This document shows, piece by piece, positions 25,505 through 35,009 of a stretch of DNA of 64,000 nucleotides. A program made the position numbers and the translations under genes. Each line of letters starts with the position of its first letter. Position 1 is the first letter of the stretch. Source of the stretch: Bordetella parapertussis (GTDB lineage Bacteria; Pseudomonadota; Gammaproteobacteria; Burkholderiales; SG8-39); contig CAMDDU010000015.1 of the NCBI GenBank assembly GCA_945892985.1, forward strand, positions 9,017 through 73,016. Direction: 5' to 3'. The notes under the pieces are model-generated. The model was not told the origin of the DNA and searched no databases. It saw only the letters and a program-made list of their open reading frames with translations.

Positions 25505-26800
25505 TCACGCGAGGGCTCGGGTATTGGCGATCCGCAACCGGTCGGCAAGATTGCGCACCAGCGTGCGCATCAGTTGCAACTGCGCCCCGGCGCTCACCTG
25601 CATCAACGCAAAAGGCCGGAATTCCGCCAGCAGGCATTCTTGCAAGGCCACCACCGTGGCTTGACGCGGCACCGAGCCGCCGTAGATATAGGCGATCTCG
25701 CCAAATATTTCGCTCTGTCCTATGGTATTGAGCAGATGCCCCTCGCGCGTCACCCGCACCTCGCCCGCGGCAAGAAAATAAACACTGTCGCCCTCGTCGG
25801 CTTCATTGAGGATGACCGTGCCGGCGGCCACCCGCGACCAACGCGCCGCGCGCGCCAGTTCCCAAACTTCCGAATCCGAAAGTTCGGCCAGGGTTTCGCA
25901 TTGCTTCAACGCGACATACCGTTCGCTGTCCGATATCACCTCGGGCGCCGTCACCAACCGTGCGGCGCGCGCCAGATCCAACGCGAATTCATCGTAATAG
26001 TCGTAGCGATCGAGCGGCTTTTTCTGCAAGGCCTTCAGCACAATGGCATCCACCTCCGGCGGAATGCCCGCGCGCAAGCTGCTCGGCGCCGGCGGCGTCT
26101 GGTGCAGGATTTTTTGCACCAACATTTCAAGACTGCCCGCGGTAAAGGGCTTTTGCCCGGTGAGTAACTCAAAGAGCACCACGCCCATGGAATACATGTC
26201 GCTGTGATAAGTGAGCTCCCCCCCCTCGATCTGCTCCGGTGACATGTAATAGGGCGAGCCCATGGCCACGGTCTGCACCGACTGGCTGCGCCGCAGGAAG
26301 GCGGCGCCAAAATCGGCGATTTTCACCTCGGTACCTTTGACGACCATGATGTTTGCGGGTTTGATGTCGCGGTGAAAAATCCCCTCCTGGAACGCGTAGT
26401 CGAGCGCGCCGCAACACTTGAAACCCACCTGCATCACATCGCCGACCGGCAACAGCGTCTCCGGACTGGCATGCGCCGCAAGATCACCGCCCATCACCAG
26501 TTCCATGGCGATGTAGCCCGCATCCGCCTCGACCACGGCTTCAAGAATGCCGACGATGTGCGGATGACGCAACTTGCCCGCAAGCGAGGCCTCATTGAGA
26601 AACTGCGTGCGGTACTCAGCGCCGAACTCCGCATCAAGGAACAGGGCGGGGTCAATCGTCTTGAGCGCGACTTCGCCGCCGGAAAACGTGTCGGTCGCAA
26701 GGTAAACGGTTCCGGTCGCGCCTTTACCGAGCAGCCTCTGCACTTCGTATTTGCCGATCCGCAGCTCCAGGCCAGGATCAATCGGGTTTTCCGACACCAC
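25505..26800 (-). CDS. Hanks-type Ser/Thr protein kinase fused to a C-terminal cyclic-nucleotide-binding domain
   Basis: 431 aa. Kinase motifs GKGATGTVY, VALK, HRDIKPAN, DFGAA and SPE, then a cNMP domain with phosphate-binding cassette FGEIAYIYGGSVPRQATVVA. Confidence 0.85.
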   Translation of the reverse strand: MVSENPIDPGLELRIGKYEVQRLLGKGATGTVYLATDTFSGGEVALKTIDPALFLDAEFGAEYRTQFLNEASLAGKLRHPHIVGILEAVVEADAGYIAMELVMGGDLAAHASPETLLPVGDVMQVGFKCCGALDYAFQEGIFHRDIKPANIMVVKGTEVKIADFGAAFLRRSQSVQTVAMGSPYYMSPEQIEGGELTYHSDMYSMGVVLFELLTGQKPFTAGSLEMLVQKILHQTPPAPSSLRAGIPPEVDAIVLKALQKKPLDRYDYYDEFALDLARAARLVTAPEVISDSERYVALKQCETLAELSDSEVWELARAARWSRVAAGTVILNEADEGDSVYFLAAGEVRVTREGHLLNTIGQSEIFGEIAYIYGGSVPRQATVVALQECLLAEFRPFALMQVSAGAQLQLMRTLVRNLADRLRIANTRALA

Positions 26801-26916
26801 TTCCCCCCGCGCCGGGTGTAGCTGCGGCGCCGTTTCAAGTCGCTTTTGAGTTCTGCAGGTTACAGGGGATCAGAGATTTTTGTCACCCCGGCTCGCCGTC
26901 GCCAGATTGCACTGGA

Positions 26917-27594
26917 TCAGCGCCGCCACACACTCGCCAGCCAGGGTTGCTGCTCGCGCGGCAGGCCCTCCGGGCGGAAATAATGCGTCAACTCAACAAA
27001 CCCCGCACCAGTCATGTAAGCGCGCCAGGCCTCGATGTCGTGATAGGCGCCATAGCGTCCGCGGTTCCAGCCCTCTTCGTTTTGTCCGCGCGGATTGGAG
27101 CAGAACAGCGCCCCGCCCGGCTTGAGCGTGGCGTGCAAAACGTCCAGCACCCGCGGCAACACCTGCCCTGGCACATGGAACAGCACCGCGTTGGCAAACA
27201 CGCCGTCAAAGCGCGCCCTTGGCAAATCAAGATGCATGAAATCCTGCTGCCAGACTTCGCAGCCGCTGTAGTCGCGCGCCATGGCGGCAAAGCGCGCGGC
27301 TCCTTCGACGCCGACGGCCTCGTGCCCCAGCCCCGAGAAGGTCTTCAGGTCGCGCCCCGGCCCGCAGCCCACGTCCAGGATGGAAAAAGGCGGCGCAGCC
27401 GTGATGTGGTCGAGTAAGGCGGCGATGTTCTGCGCGACGTCATGATCGCGTGTACCCGCCCAGAAGGCCTCGGCGCGCTCGTTGTAATGCGCCAGCGTGC
27501 CGGCGCTGATATCGGACAAGGTCTTGCTGTCCAATCGAACTGCGCCGTCTGCGCCTTCTGCTTTGTCCACCGGGGACGGGAATGCTGATGTCAT
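26917..27594 (-). CDS. class I SAM-dependent methyltransferase
   Basis: Start at MTSAFPS. Motif I ILDVGCGPGRD. Confidence 0.85.
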   Translation of the reverse strand: MTSAFPSPVDKAEGADGAVRLDSKTLSDISAGTLAHYNERAEAFWAGTRDHDVAQNIAALLDHITAAPPFSILDVGCGPGRDLKTFSGLGHEAVGVEGAARFAAMARDYSGCEVWQQDFMHLDLPRARFDGVFANAVLFHVPGQVLPRVLDVLHATLKPGGALFCSNPRGQNEEGWNRGRYGAYHDIEAWRAYMTGAGFVELTHYFRPEGLPREQQPWLASVWRR

Positions 27595-27847
27595 GGCAAA
27601 AGTATAGCCGTTCGCGCAGCCAGTCTGCGGCAAAAATGCCGCGGGTGCGATAATCGAGGGCATCGACAGCGGCAACACGCTCAAAACAGCCGACATTGAC
27701 GGTTTGCTTATGCGGCGGCGCCGATGCGGGAAGCGGCGTTTCGCTTTGTCACAGCAACAGCATCACCGCCCTGAGCGTTCAATTTAGCCGTTCAATTCTG
27801 CCGGCATGACGCCCCACCCTTAACCCGTCCCGGTTAGCCCGTTCCAG

Positions 27848-29257
27848 ATGCAACGCACTGTGCTCATCCCGCTGATTGTCGCCTGCGCCCTGTTCATGGA
27901 AAACATGGATTCGACGGTGCTCGCCACCTCATTGCCGGCGATCGCCAATGACATCGGCGAGAACCCGCTCGCACTCAAGCTGGCGCTGACCTCCTACCTC
28001 GTCGGCTTGGCGATTTTTATCCCGATCAGCGGCTGGGTGGCCGACCGCTACGGCTCACGCACCATTTTCGCCTGGGCCATTGTGGTCTTCATGGCCGGCT
28101 CGCTGGGCTGCGCCCTGTCGAGTACGCTGACCGCCTTCGTGCTGGCACGCTTCATTCAAGGCATCGGGGGTGCGATGATGGTTCCGGTCGGACGCCTGGT
28201 GCTGCTCAAGAGCGTACCCAAAAGCGAACTGGTTAAAGCGCTCAACTACCTCACCTTCCCGGCGCTGCTCGGCCCCATCATGGGCCCGCCGCTGGGCGGC
28301 TTCATCACGCAATACTTCAACTGGCGCGGCATATTCCTGATCAATGTGCCGATCAGCATCCTCGGCCTGATACTGGTGCTGCGCTTCATCCCCAACATCC
28401 GCGAAAGCGCGTTGCCGCGCCTGGATGTGCGCGGCTTTGTGCTGCTGGGCATCGGCCTGTCGGTGATGATGCTGGGTCTTTCCGCCCTCGGCGGGCACCT
28501 GCTGCCCGTGGCCGTCACCTCCGCCTGCATCATCACCGGCGCCATGGCCCTCGCCGCCTATGCCCGGCACTCGAGCCAGACCGCCGAGCCGCTGATCAAC
28601 CTTGGCCTGTTCAAGTTCCCGACGTTCCGCGCCGGCATCATCGGTGGCAGCCTGTTTCGCACCGGCATGGGCGCGACGCCCTTCCTGCTGCCGCTGATGT
28701 TTCAACTGGGCTTCGGCCTCGACCCGCTGCACTCCGGTCTGCTCAGTTGTGCCACCGCCGGCGGCGCCATGTTCATGAAAACCCTCACCGTCATGATACT
28801 CAGGCGCTTTGGCTTCAGGCAGGTGCTGCTGGTCAACGCCATTCTCGCCTCGGGCTCGGTCGCCGCCTATGGTTTGTTCAATGCCGACACGCCGCACGCA
28901 ATCGTAGTCGGCGTGCTGCTGCTGAGCGGCTGCCTGCGCTCGCTGCAATTCACCTGCCTCAACGCCATCAGTTTTTCCGATATCACCAAACAGACCATGA
29001 GCCAGGCTTCAAGCCTGCAAAGCATGTCGCAACGGCTGGCGCAAAGCATCGGCGTGGTGATCGGCGCCTACGCGCTGCAACTGGCCAGCACGATGCAGGG
29101 GCACGCGAACATCATGACCTCGGACTTCTGGCCGGCCTTTGTGGTGATCGCTATTATTTCCGCCGCGTCGCTGCTCTTTCACACCGGGCTCGCGGCGGAT
29201 GCCGGTGCGGAAATCGCCGGGCGGGGTAACAGCGAGAAAAACACTCCCGCTGCGTGA
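27848..29257 (+). CDS. MFS transporter, DHA2 (14-TMS EmrB/QacA-like)
   Basis: 469 aa. LDSTVLATSLPAIA N-terminus and GWVADRYGSR motif A. Confidence 0.9.
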   Translation: MQRTVLIPLIVACALFMENMDSTVLATSLPAIANDIGENPLALKLALTSYLVGLAIFIPISGWVADRYGSRTIFAWAIVVFMAGSLGCALSSTLTAFVLARFIQGIGGAMMVPVGRLVLLKSVPKSELVKALNYLTFPALLGPIMGPPLGGFITQYFNWRGIFLINVPISILGLILVLRFIPNIRESALPRLDVRGFVLLGIGLSVMMLGLSALGGHLLPVAVTSACIITGAMALAAYARHSSQTAEPLINLGLFKFPTFRAGIIGGSLFRTGMGATPFLLPLMFQLGFGLDPLHSGLLSCATAGGAMFMKTLTVMILRRFGFRQVLLVNAILASGSVAAYGLFNADTPHAIVVGVLLLSGCLRSLQFTCLNAISFSDITKQTMSQASSLQSMSQRLAQSIGVVIGAYALQLASTMQGHANIMTSDFWPAFVVIAIISAASLLFHTGLAADAGAEIAGRGNSEKNTPAA

Positions 29258-29305
29258 GACATACCCTGAAAAGGCACGCCAGGCGCGCCTCTTCAGCCAT
29301 CACTC

Positions 29306-30652
29306 CTAGGAAACATCCAGATCTGCATAGGCTGGCAAGGCGTCCGTGACAGGGCGCCCAGCGTTGACGACGACACGGTCGGCCTGCGGCCGGCAAACCA
29401 GTTCATTGATGGTGCGCGCATCGAAGATGATCAGGTTGGCGGGGCCGCCCGCGCAAAGGGAGCCAATCGGCTCGATCCCCATCATGCGCGCGGGCGCCGG
29501 GCCCACCATGCTCACCGCCTCACCGAGGCAATGGTCCAGATGGTAGACGCCGATAGACTGGCGAAACAGATCGAACAAATCATAATCCCCGAAGGGAATG
29601 AAGGCATCGCGCACATTATCGCTGGCGATGGCAAAAGGGATGTTGCGGGTCAGCATTTCCTGTGCCAGCGTGACGCCGCGTAACCTTGGCGTGCGCCCGG
29701 GCGTGCGGTCATGCATATACAGATTCGAAGTCGGCAGCGAAACAACGCCTATCCCAGCCTCGGCACACAGCGCGAGGGAGGCGGCGATTTTGTCGTCGGG
29801 CTGGGCCGCCAGACTGCACAGGTGGCCGCAGACGACACGGCCCTCAAGTCCGTGGCGCATGACCGCCCGCGCGACCTCATCAAGGTGCGAGTCGGCGGCG
29901 ATCAATGTCTCGTCGACATGCAGGTCTATGGCGAGGCCGCGTACTTTCGCCAGCGTGAACTGCGCATCGAGCAATTCGGCGATATTGTCCATGTGGCCGT
30001 AGTTGTGGTCGGTCGAGCGGCGCAACACGCCACCCAGCAGCCCGCCCTCGGTCGCCGCGGCAAGATCGGCCAGCCGTCTGCCATAGTCCGTTGCGTACAC
30101 GTCTATAGGCACCGAACTGGTCGCCTGCAATACGACGCGACCCTGCCACGCGGCCCGTACCTCGGCGAACACCGACCAGCTCAGCTCGGCCTGTCCTTCG
30201 TAGGAATCAATATGCGAACGCAGCGCCGACGTGCCATTCACATAAGCACAACGCACCGAAAACTCCATCCTCGCGCGGATGTCCTCGTGGCTCCAGTAGC
30301 GTTGGCGATCCTTGAGGATGGCCTCGCGCGCACTGGCGAACGAGGCACCGAGGCGGCCCATGCGGCCGATGACCTGCGATTTATCAATGTGGGTGTGCAG
30401 GTCGACCAGCGTCGGCCAGAGCTGGCGCCCGCCCAGTTCAAGGCAAGAAAGTCCGCCTGCCACCGCCTGCCCGGCAGCGGCAATAGCCGTCAACCGTCCC
30501 TTCTCGACGCGCAAATCGATGAGCACCGAGCCTTCGGCATCCGCAACCGCTCCCGGCGGTATATCACGCAATAACCTGCCAGGAACACGCGCGCCCCTGA
30601 TGGAGAAGGCCTGCGCATCGGGCAAAGCGACGAAGCTGCCGGAACGCATCAT
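29306..30652 (-). CDS. amidohydrolase-superfamily deaminase/hydrolase (cytosine deaminase / AtzC-like)
   Basis: 448 aa. Metal-binding LHTHID, with later HVDE and ASDN motifs. Confidence 0.75.
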   Translation of the reverse strand: MMRSGSFVALPDAQAFSIRGARVPGRLLRDIPPGAVADAEGSVLIDLRVEKGRLTAIAAAGQAVAGGLSCLELGGRQLWPTLVDLHTHIDKSQVIGRMGRLGASFASAREAILKDRQRYWSHEDIRARMEFSVRCAYVNGTSALRSHIDSYEGQAELSWSVFAEVRAAWQGRVVLQATSSVPIDVYATDYGRRLADLAAATEGGLLGGVLRRSTDHNYGHMDNIAELLDAQFTLAKVRGLAIDLHVDETLIAADSHLDEVARAVMRHGLEGRVVCGHLCSLAAQPDDKIAASLALCAEAGIGVVSLPTSNLYMHDRTPGRTPRLRGVTLAQEMLTRNIPFAIASDNVRDAFIPFGDYDLFDLFRQSIGVYHLDHCLGEAVSMVGPAPARMMGIEPIGSLCAGGPANLIIFDARTINELVCRPQADRVVVNAGRPVTDALPAYADLDVS

Positions 30653-30692
30653 GTCTTTTTAGTCAGCGCACGCATTTGAGCGCGGCAACCAG

Positions 30693-31427
30693 TCAGCTAC
30701 GAACACTCACAGCCTTCGCGGCCGGTTTGGGACGATTGTAACCAGCGTCAAAGTCCTTCCATGAACCGATCATGTGCTGCTGCATCATCGCCGCCAGTCC
30801 CAAGCCATCGCGCTGCTGCACCAGCTCTAGAATCCGCTCGTGCTCACCCAGCGACCGACGCCACGCCGCATCGGTTATTTCGATGAAAAAGCGATCGCGG
30901 GTAATCCGGATCCCGAGTGACCGGTGCTGCGCGATGAGGAACTGGTTGTGCGCGCCGCGCACGATACTGTCATGGATGGCCTGATTGGCGCGGTAATAAT
31001 CCTTGATGCGTCCATTTGCCTGATGGTCGAGCATCGCCACATGCTCACGCTCGATGAAAGCGATATCATCCGCGGTGAAATTTTCACAGGCTATCGGCGC
31101 GCACACTGATTCAATTGCACCAAGCGCATAGAAAAGCCCCTGGATTTCGTCTTGTGTCGGCGTCGCCACAACCGCGCCTCGGCGCGGCAGCAACGTGACA
31201 AGTCCCTCGGCTACAAGGACCCGAATGGCCTCGCGCAACGGCGTGCGCGAAATGCCGAATTGCTCGCACAATTCGGCCTCCTGGATGCGCGTACCCGGCG
31301 ACAGTTCATCCTGGATGATGCGCTCGCGCAGCACCGCGACCACCTCGTCATGCAGGTTTCCGCGCTCTATGCGGGCGGGCATCCCCGCCAGGGGCACTGC
31401 CGGATCGTCAGTCAGGTTGGCCATCAC
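30693..31427 (-). CDS. GntR-family transcriptional regulator (FadR/FCD subfamily)
   Basis: 244 aa. Winged-helix EAELCEQFGISRTPLREAIRVLVAEGLV followed by an FCD-like helical domain. Confidence 0.9.
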   Translation of the reverse strand: MMANLTDDPAVPLAGMPARIERGNLHDEVVAVLRERIIQDELSPGTRIQEAELCEQFGISRTPLREAIRVLVAEGLVTLLPRRGAVVATPTQDEIQGLFYALGAIESVCAPIACENFTADDIAFIEREHVAMLDHQANGRIKDYYRANQAIHDSIVRGAHNQFLIAQHRSLGIRITRDRFFIEITDAAWRRSLGEHERILELVQQRDGLGLAAMMQQHMIGSWKDFDAGYNRPKPAAKAVSVRS

Positions 31428-31465
31428 TCCTCCTTGTCACGCAGGCTGCGCTCGCGACTTTAGCG

Positions 31466-31780
31466 TCAGCGTATCGGCGAAAACGGCGCCGGAACCAAAA
31501 TGCGGCTTTCCATCGCGACGACAATATCAGGCGACTGCGCGAGGTACTCCAGCCAGTCCTTGTCCTCGAACAGCGCCTTGCGGCGCTTTTCGCGTTCAGC
31601 AAGCGAGTCATAGCCCCACAAGTGCACCACCCGGTTTAGCTCGCCGATCTCAGTGTGGAAATAGCCGATCAGGTTGCCCAGAATGCGCGTCTGGATCGCC
31701 AAACCGCGGGGATTGTAATCTTCATAATAGACATGCACCGTGCCCGGCTTTAGGGTGTAGGTTCTCTCTTCGACAATCAT
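31466..31780 (-). CDS. NIPSNAP family protein
   Basis: 104 aa. MIVEERTYTLKPG...HLWGYDSLAERE pattern. Confidence 0.7.
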   Translation of the reverse strand: MIVEERTYTLKPGTVHVYYEDYNPRGLAIQTRILGNLIGYFHTEIGELNRVVHLWGYDSLAEREKRRKALFEDKDWLEYLAQSPDIVVAMESRILVPAPFSPIR

Positions 31781-31822
31781 CGTGTCCTCCTTGTTCTAAA
31801 AAATATATGGCGTGATTGCCGC

Positions 31823-32581
31823 TCAAACCATCACATCGCCACCGGCCGGGCAAAGCGTCTGGCCGGTAAAAAAGGATGAATCCTTGGTCGCCAGGAAAAG
31901 CGCGGTGGAGACCACATCCTCAACCTCGCCAACGCGGCGCAGCGGATAGGTCCCCACGATGGAATCGCGCACCTCTTCGGGCATGAAGTTGTAGAGGTCG
32001 GTACGGATGATCGCCGGCGCGATGGCATTGACGTTGATGCCGTCCTTGCCAACCTCTTTGGCTAGCGCCTGCGTGAAGCCGATCATGCCGGCCTTGGCCG
32101 CCGACAGATGGCTGAAATTCTCGCCACCCAGTACACCAAATGTGCCACTCATGTTGATGACCTTGCCGTATTTTTGTTTAAGCATGTGCGGGATGACGAA
32201 GCGGGTGCACAGGAACATGCCGCGCATATGCGTCTGTATCATCTCGTCCCAGGTTTCCACCGACATTTCGGCCAGCGGCACGGCGTTGAGCAGGCCGGCG
32301 TTGTTGACCAGGATGTCGATCTTGCCGAAACGCTTGATGCCGGCATCGACCATGTTCTTCACGTCGTCGGTGACGCCGACGTTGGCTTTGACGGCAATCG
32401 CCTCGCCGCCGGCAGCCTCGATTTTCTTGACTACAGCGTCGGCCGAAGCGGCATCCTTGACGTAATTGACAATGACCTTGGCGCCCTCTGCGCCAAAGCC
32501 CTCCGCGATACCGCGCCCGAGCCCCCTGCCGCCGCCGGTGATCATCGCTACCCGTCCTGCAAGTCTTCCGTTCGCACTCAT
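31823..32581 (-). CDS. SDR-fold protein lacking the canonical catalytic Tyr
   Basis: TGGGRGLGRG, NNAG and NMSG are present, but the YxxxK position reads HLSAAK. Confidence 0.85.
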   Translation of the reverse strand: MSANGRLAGRVAMITGGGRGLGRGIAEGFGAEGAKVIVNYVKDAASADAVVKKIEAAGGEAIAVKANVGVTDDVKNMVDAGIKRFGKIDILVNNAGLLNAVPLAEMSVETWDEMIQTHMRGMFLCTRFVIPHMLKQKYGKVINMSGTFGVLGGENFSHLSAAKAGMIGFTQALAKEVGKDGINVNAIAPAIIRTDLYNFMPEEVRDSIVGTYPLRRVGEVEDVVSTALFLATKDSSFFTGQTLCPAGGDVMV

Positions 32582-32603
32582 TGCTTTATCTCCTATTGAA
32601 TAA

Positions 32604-33461
32604 TCAAGCTAAAAAATTGTGCCCGGTCCATCCCTGCCAGCGCCCGCTGTCGACGGCGACCACAAAGTCATGAATCACTTGGTTGAACGCGGCCGGATCC
32701 TCCAGATTGGCAAGATGCCCGGTTCGCGGCAGCACGCACCAGGCCGCTCCCGGGATGGTCCGCTTCAGGTAAAGATTGGGCTCCAGACAAGGATCGTCCT
32801 CGTCACCAGCGAGCAGCAGCACCGGCAATTGCAGGCGACGCAGCCTGTCTTCAAGGTGCCACAGCGACGGACGTGTTGCCAGCACGGCGCGCAGCGTCAT
32901 CGCCGTTCCCTGGGCAGAGTGCCCGGCCAGTTGCGCGGCAAAGACGGACCAGCCCTGAGAATCCTTGGCGCGCAGCGGCATCGCATAAGGGCTGGCCGCC
33001 AACTCCGCGGCGAAGGCTGCCATGCCGATGTTTTCGGCATGATCAGCCTCGGCACGCATGCGCTGACCGTAATCGGGCTGCTGCTCGGGCTTGGCGCCAT
33101 AGCCGCAGCCGGCGATCACCAGCGACTTGGCCAGCTGCGGGTGACGCAGTCCGAAATGCAGGGTCGCAAACCCGCCCATGGACAGGCCGACGACATGGGC
33201 CGCGCCCAGCCCCAGCCCGCGAATAACATCGGCGACGTCGTCGGCGGCGCGTTCCTGGCTGTATGCGGCGGTGCTCGCAGGCACATCCGAGGGCAGATAG
33301 CCGCGCGCAGCATAGGTGACGCAGTGCGCATGGCGGCCAAAATAGGCAAGCTGCGGATCCCAGCTGCGTTGGTCGCCGGAAAATTCGTGCACGAACACCA
33401 TCGGCTCGCCCTGCCCGCTCTCGCACACATGCAGGCGCACGCCGTCCGAGGCCTTGAGCAT
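32604..33461 (-). CDS. alpha/beta hydrolase (paralogue of 40212..41105)
   Basis: Nucleophile elbow GLSMGG. Start at MLKASDGVRLHV chosen by alignment with the paralogue MPYMTASDGVKLYF; the alternative ATG at 33500 would overlap the amidase gene. Confidence 0.85.
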   Translation of the reverse strand: MLKASDGVRLHVCESGQGEPMVFVHEFSGDQRSWDPQLAYFGRHAHCVTYAARGYLPSDVPASTAAYSQERAADDVADVIRGLGLGAAHVVGLSMGGFATLHFGLRHPQLAKSLVIAGCGYGAKPEQQPDYGQRMRAEADHAENIGMAAFAAELAASPYAMPLRAKDSQGWSVFAAQLAGHSAQGTAMTLRAVLATRPSLWHLEDRLRRLQLPVLLLAGDEDDPCLEPNLYLKRTIPGAAWCVLPRTGHLANLEDPAAFNQVIHDFVVAVDSGRWQGWTGHNFLA

Positions 33462-33477
33462 GCGGCCTGCGGCAGAA

Positions 33478-34956
33478 TTATTTTTTGCCGAGTTTGCCAT
33501 CGGTTGCCTTCAGCGCCTGCATGACCAGCGGCGGCAGGCGCGGCGTCGCTTCGGCGAGGCAGGCCTCGAAACTTCGCGCCACCGCCAGCACCAGGTCGTC
33601 CTGACCCCAGGGGCCGACGATTTGCAGGCCCACCGGAATGCCGCCGGCGGTAAAACCGCAGGGAATGGAAATGGCCGGCTGGCCCGACAGGTTGAACGGA
33701 TAGGTGAACGGCGTCCACCCTATCCACGGCAGCGGCACCGAGGCGTCGCCGCCGGCCGGCACTTCCTTGTCCGCATCAAAGGGCAGCAGCGGCATGGTCG
33801 GCGTGACCAACACATCAAAGCGCTCGAGCACCGCGCAGGCGGCTGAAACGAATTTGCGCCTGTCGCCTATGGCCTTGAAGTAATCGGCGACTGCATAGTC
33901 CTTGGCGAGGCCGTCGAGGCGCGCCAGGCCCTGGTCCATTTTCGCGCCGTGCTTGGCAATCAGCTCGGCAAAGCCCAGACCGCGGCCAGTGACCCACAGC
34001 GTCTCGAAGGATTCGTAAGGCAGTTCGGCATCTATGGTCGTGTTCTTGTAGGCACCCTTGACCGAGCGCTTGAGGCGCGACACTGCGCGCGCGAACACCG
34101 CACTGACTTCGTCGTCCACTTGCACACCAAACAGCGAGGCCGCCACGCCGATGCGCAGTGCACCGGCACGCAGGCGCCTTTGCCGCGCCGGATCGGCGTT
34201 CGCAGCCGAGTTGTACGACAGCGGATCGCGCGCATCCGGCCCGGCACTTGCGCGTAACACCAGCGCGGCATCGCCGACGGTGCGGCACAGCGGTCCTTGG
34301 TGCGACAGCGTTTCAGTCACTGTGCCCGGCCACACCGGAATGCGGCCCAGCGTCGGCTTGAGCCCGACGGTGCCGCAAAAGGCGGCGGGTATGCGTATTG
34401 AACCGCCGGCATCCGAGCCGAGCGCAATGGGTACCGCTCCGGTCGCCACCGTCACCGCCGAACCGGCGCTGGAGCCGCCGGAGTTGCGTGTCGTGTCCCA
34501 GGGATTGCGCGTCACGCCGCTGAGCGGTGAAATGCCGGTGCCCTTCCAGCCGAACTCGGGCATGGTGGTCTTGCCGATGATGACAACACCAGCTTCGAGC
34601 ATACGCTCTATCATCGGCGAGTTGGTGTCGGGCACGTACTCGGTGCTGGTGCGCGAACCGCGCGTCGCCGGGAAGCCCTTGAGGTAGAAGTTGTCCTTGA
34701 TGGCGATGGGCACGCCGTGCAGCGGGCTGCGCAACTGGCCCTTGCGCGCCTCGGCCTCGCGCGCCGTCGCGCCCTTGCGCGCATAGGCTTCGAGAAACAT
34801 CACATAGGCGTTGACCGCCGGTTCAAATTGCTTCGCCAGCGCAATCGCGCACTCGGCCAGTTGCACCGGCGATACGCGGCGCTGCGCCACCAACCGCCCC
34901 AGCTTCGCCGCCGAGGATCGTGCAAATTCCGCCGGTCCGAGTTCCTTGAATGCCAT
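33478..34956 (-). CDS. amidase-signature (GatA-like) amidase
   Basis: Start at MAFKELGP. GGSSAGSA and SDAGGSIRIPA signature. Confidence 0.9.
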   Translation of the reverse strand: MAFKELGPAEFARSSAAKLGRLVAQRRVSPVQLAECAIALAKQFEPAVNAYVMFLEAYARKGATAREAEARKGQLRSPLHGVPIAIKDNFYLKGFPATRGSRTSTEYVPDTNSPMIERMLEAGVVIIGKTTMPEFGWKGTGISPLSGVTRNPWDTTRNSGGSSAGSAVTVATGAVPIALGSDAGGSIRIPAAFCGTVGLKPTLGRIPVWPGTVTETLSHQGPLCRTVGDAALVLRASAGPDARDPLSYNSAANADPARQRRLRAGALRIGVAASLFGVQVDDEVSAVFARAVSRLKRSVKGAYKNTTIDAELPYESFETLWVTGRGLGFAELIAKHGAKMDQGLARLDGLAKDYAVADYFKAIGDRRKFVSAACAVLERFDVLVTPTMPLLPFDADKEVPAGGDASVPLPWIGWTPFTYPFNLSGQPAISIPCGFTAGGIPVGLQIVGPWGQDDLVLAVARSFEACLAEATPRLPPLVMQALKATDGKLGKK

Positions 34957-35009
34957 GCCTGCCCCCTTGCGTGTACTGATGAACCCGCTGCCGCGTACTG
35001 GCTTGCTTC

